From: Marinobacter sp.
GTDB lineage: Bacteria; Pseudomonadota; Gammaproteobacteria; Pseudomonadales; Oleiphilaceae
Direction of reading: 5' to 3'
DNA length: 64,000 nt
Assembly (NCBI RefSeq): GCF_052091845.1
Contig: NZ_JBQDCO010000008.1
Location: forward strand, 16,180-80,179
The notes under the pieces were generated by a model. The model saw only the letters and a list, made by a program, of their open reading frames with translations. It ran no database searches and had not been told where the DNA came from. The position numbers were made by a program, and so were the translations under genes. Below, piece after piece: positions 63,378 through 64,000 of the stretch (the stretch's first letter is position 1; each line of letters opens with the position of its first letter).

Positions 63378-64000
63378 ATGCAAGCTTTTATTCTCGACTT
63401 TGTAAACTTCATGCTTCGATGGCTCCACGTGATCGCAGCCATCGCGTGGATTGGCGAATCAATCTACTTTGTGATGCTGGATAACAGCCTCAGAAAGCCC
63501 AAGAGTGCAAACTGCATAAAAAAGGGCGTTGCGGGGGAAATGTGGGCCGTGCACGGCGGTGGTTTTTACCACAACCAAAAGTACGCCTCTAGCCCGGAGG
63601 ATTTGCCAGAAGACCTGCATTGGTCGTTCTGGAAGGCATACACCACCTGGTTATCCGGCTTTGCTCTGTTCATTATTCTCTATATGGCGCAGCCAAGTTT
63701 CTATCTGGTTAACCCTAACAGCAGCTGGGCGTGGGCCGCAGAGTTAACGGGCTGGCAGGCTAATGGTCTGGCTCTCATCTTCCTGTTAATGGGTTGGGTT
63801 ATTTACAACGAGTTGTGTAAACGCATCAGCCCCAACATGGACCGGGATGGCCTGTTAAGTATCGCGGTTGGGGTGCTTGTTGTCGCCGTTGCCTATCTCA
63901 GCACACAGCTTTTTGCTGGCCGGGCGGCGTTTCTTCTGACCGGTGCGGTGATGGCTACCGCCATGAGTGCGAACGTTTTCTTCTGGATTATTCCCGGCCA
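63378..64000 (+). CDS. puuD: urate hydroxylase PuuD-like membrane protein (5' part, runs off the window)
   Basis: The frame is open from ATG 63378 to the window end and is not in the ORF track. FVNFMLRWLHVIAAIAWIGESIYFVMLDNSL and several TM helices match the DUF989/PuuD N-terminal domain as I recall it. It lies directly downstream of uraH. Confidence 0.65.
   Translation, partial: MQAFILDFVNFMLRWLHVIAAIAWIGESIYFVMLDNSLRKPKSANCIKKGVAGEMWAVHGGGFYHNQKYASSPEDLPEDLHWSFWKAYTTWLSGFALFIILYMAQPSFYLVNPNSSWAWAAELTGWQANGLALIFLLMGWVIYNELCKRISPNMDRDGLLSIAVGVLVVAVAYLSTQLFAGRAAFLLTGAVMATAMSANVFFWIIPG

Overview
This is a gene-dense chromosomal segment from a moderately GC-rich aerobic gammaproteobacterium. 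Protein sequences and gene content look Marinobacter-like, but I cannot verify that here. I found no rRNA, tRNA, CRISPR array, transposase, integrase or phage gene, so this is a respiratory/catabolic region rather than an obvious mobile or defence island.

Gene content from left to right:
- An FMN reductase, a decayed EAL-domain gene and a TDT-family anion transporter.
- A compact non-canonical cbb3-type oxidase module: ccoN with a CcoS-like N-terminus, ccoO, a monohaem cytochrome c and a Cu P-type ATPase.
- A 797-aa orphan lipoprotein.
- A complete phenylacetate (paa) catabolon. It comprises paaX, a Liv-type ABC importer whose last ATPase carries a hemerythrin-like N-terminal domain, paaZ, paaABCDE, paaFGHIJK (paaK with an apparent 1-nt frameshift) and paaY. 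Three TGATAC-N27-GTATCA PaaX-type operator candidates accompany it.
- A small ORF with a GyrA/ParC N-terminal motif and a CynX-type MFS transporter.
- A TRAP transporter plus a CoA ligase, paired acyl-CoA dehydrogenases, glutaryl-CoA dehydrogenase, a FadB-like enzyme and a thiolase, with an IclR regulator. Together these resemble a pim-type dicarboxylate beta-oxidation island.
- A split hydrolase/ricin-lectin gene and a membrane-anchored AraC regulator.
- A purine catabolism cluster: xdhABC, a RutR-like TetR regulator with three TGAC-N6-GTCA boxes, guaD, an NCS2 permease, a Tsx-like porin, uraH and the 5' part of puuD.

The most interesting items are the hemerythrin::LivF fusion, the CcoS::CcoN fusion within the compact oxidase module, the GyrA-motif mini-protein, the operator sets and two probable frameshifts. 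Nothing here convinces me of a wholly new multi-gene system. All functional calls come from motif recognition by eye, not from database searches.
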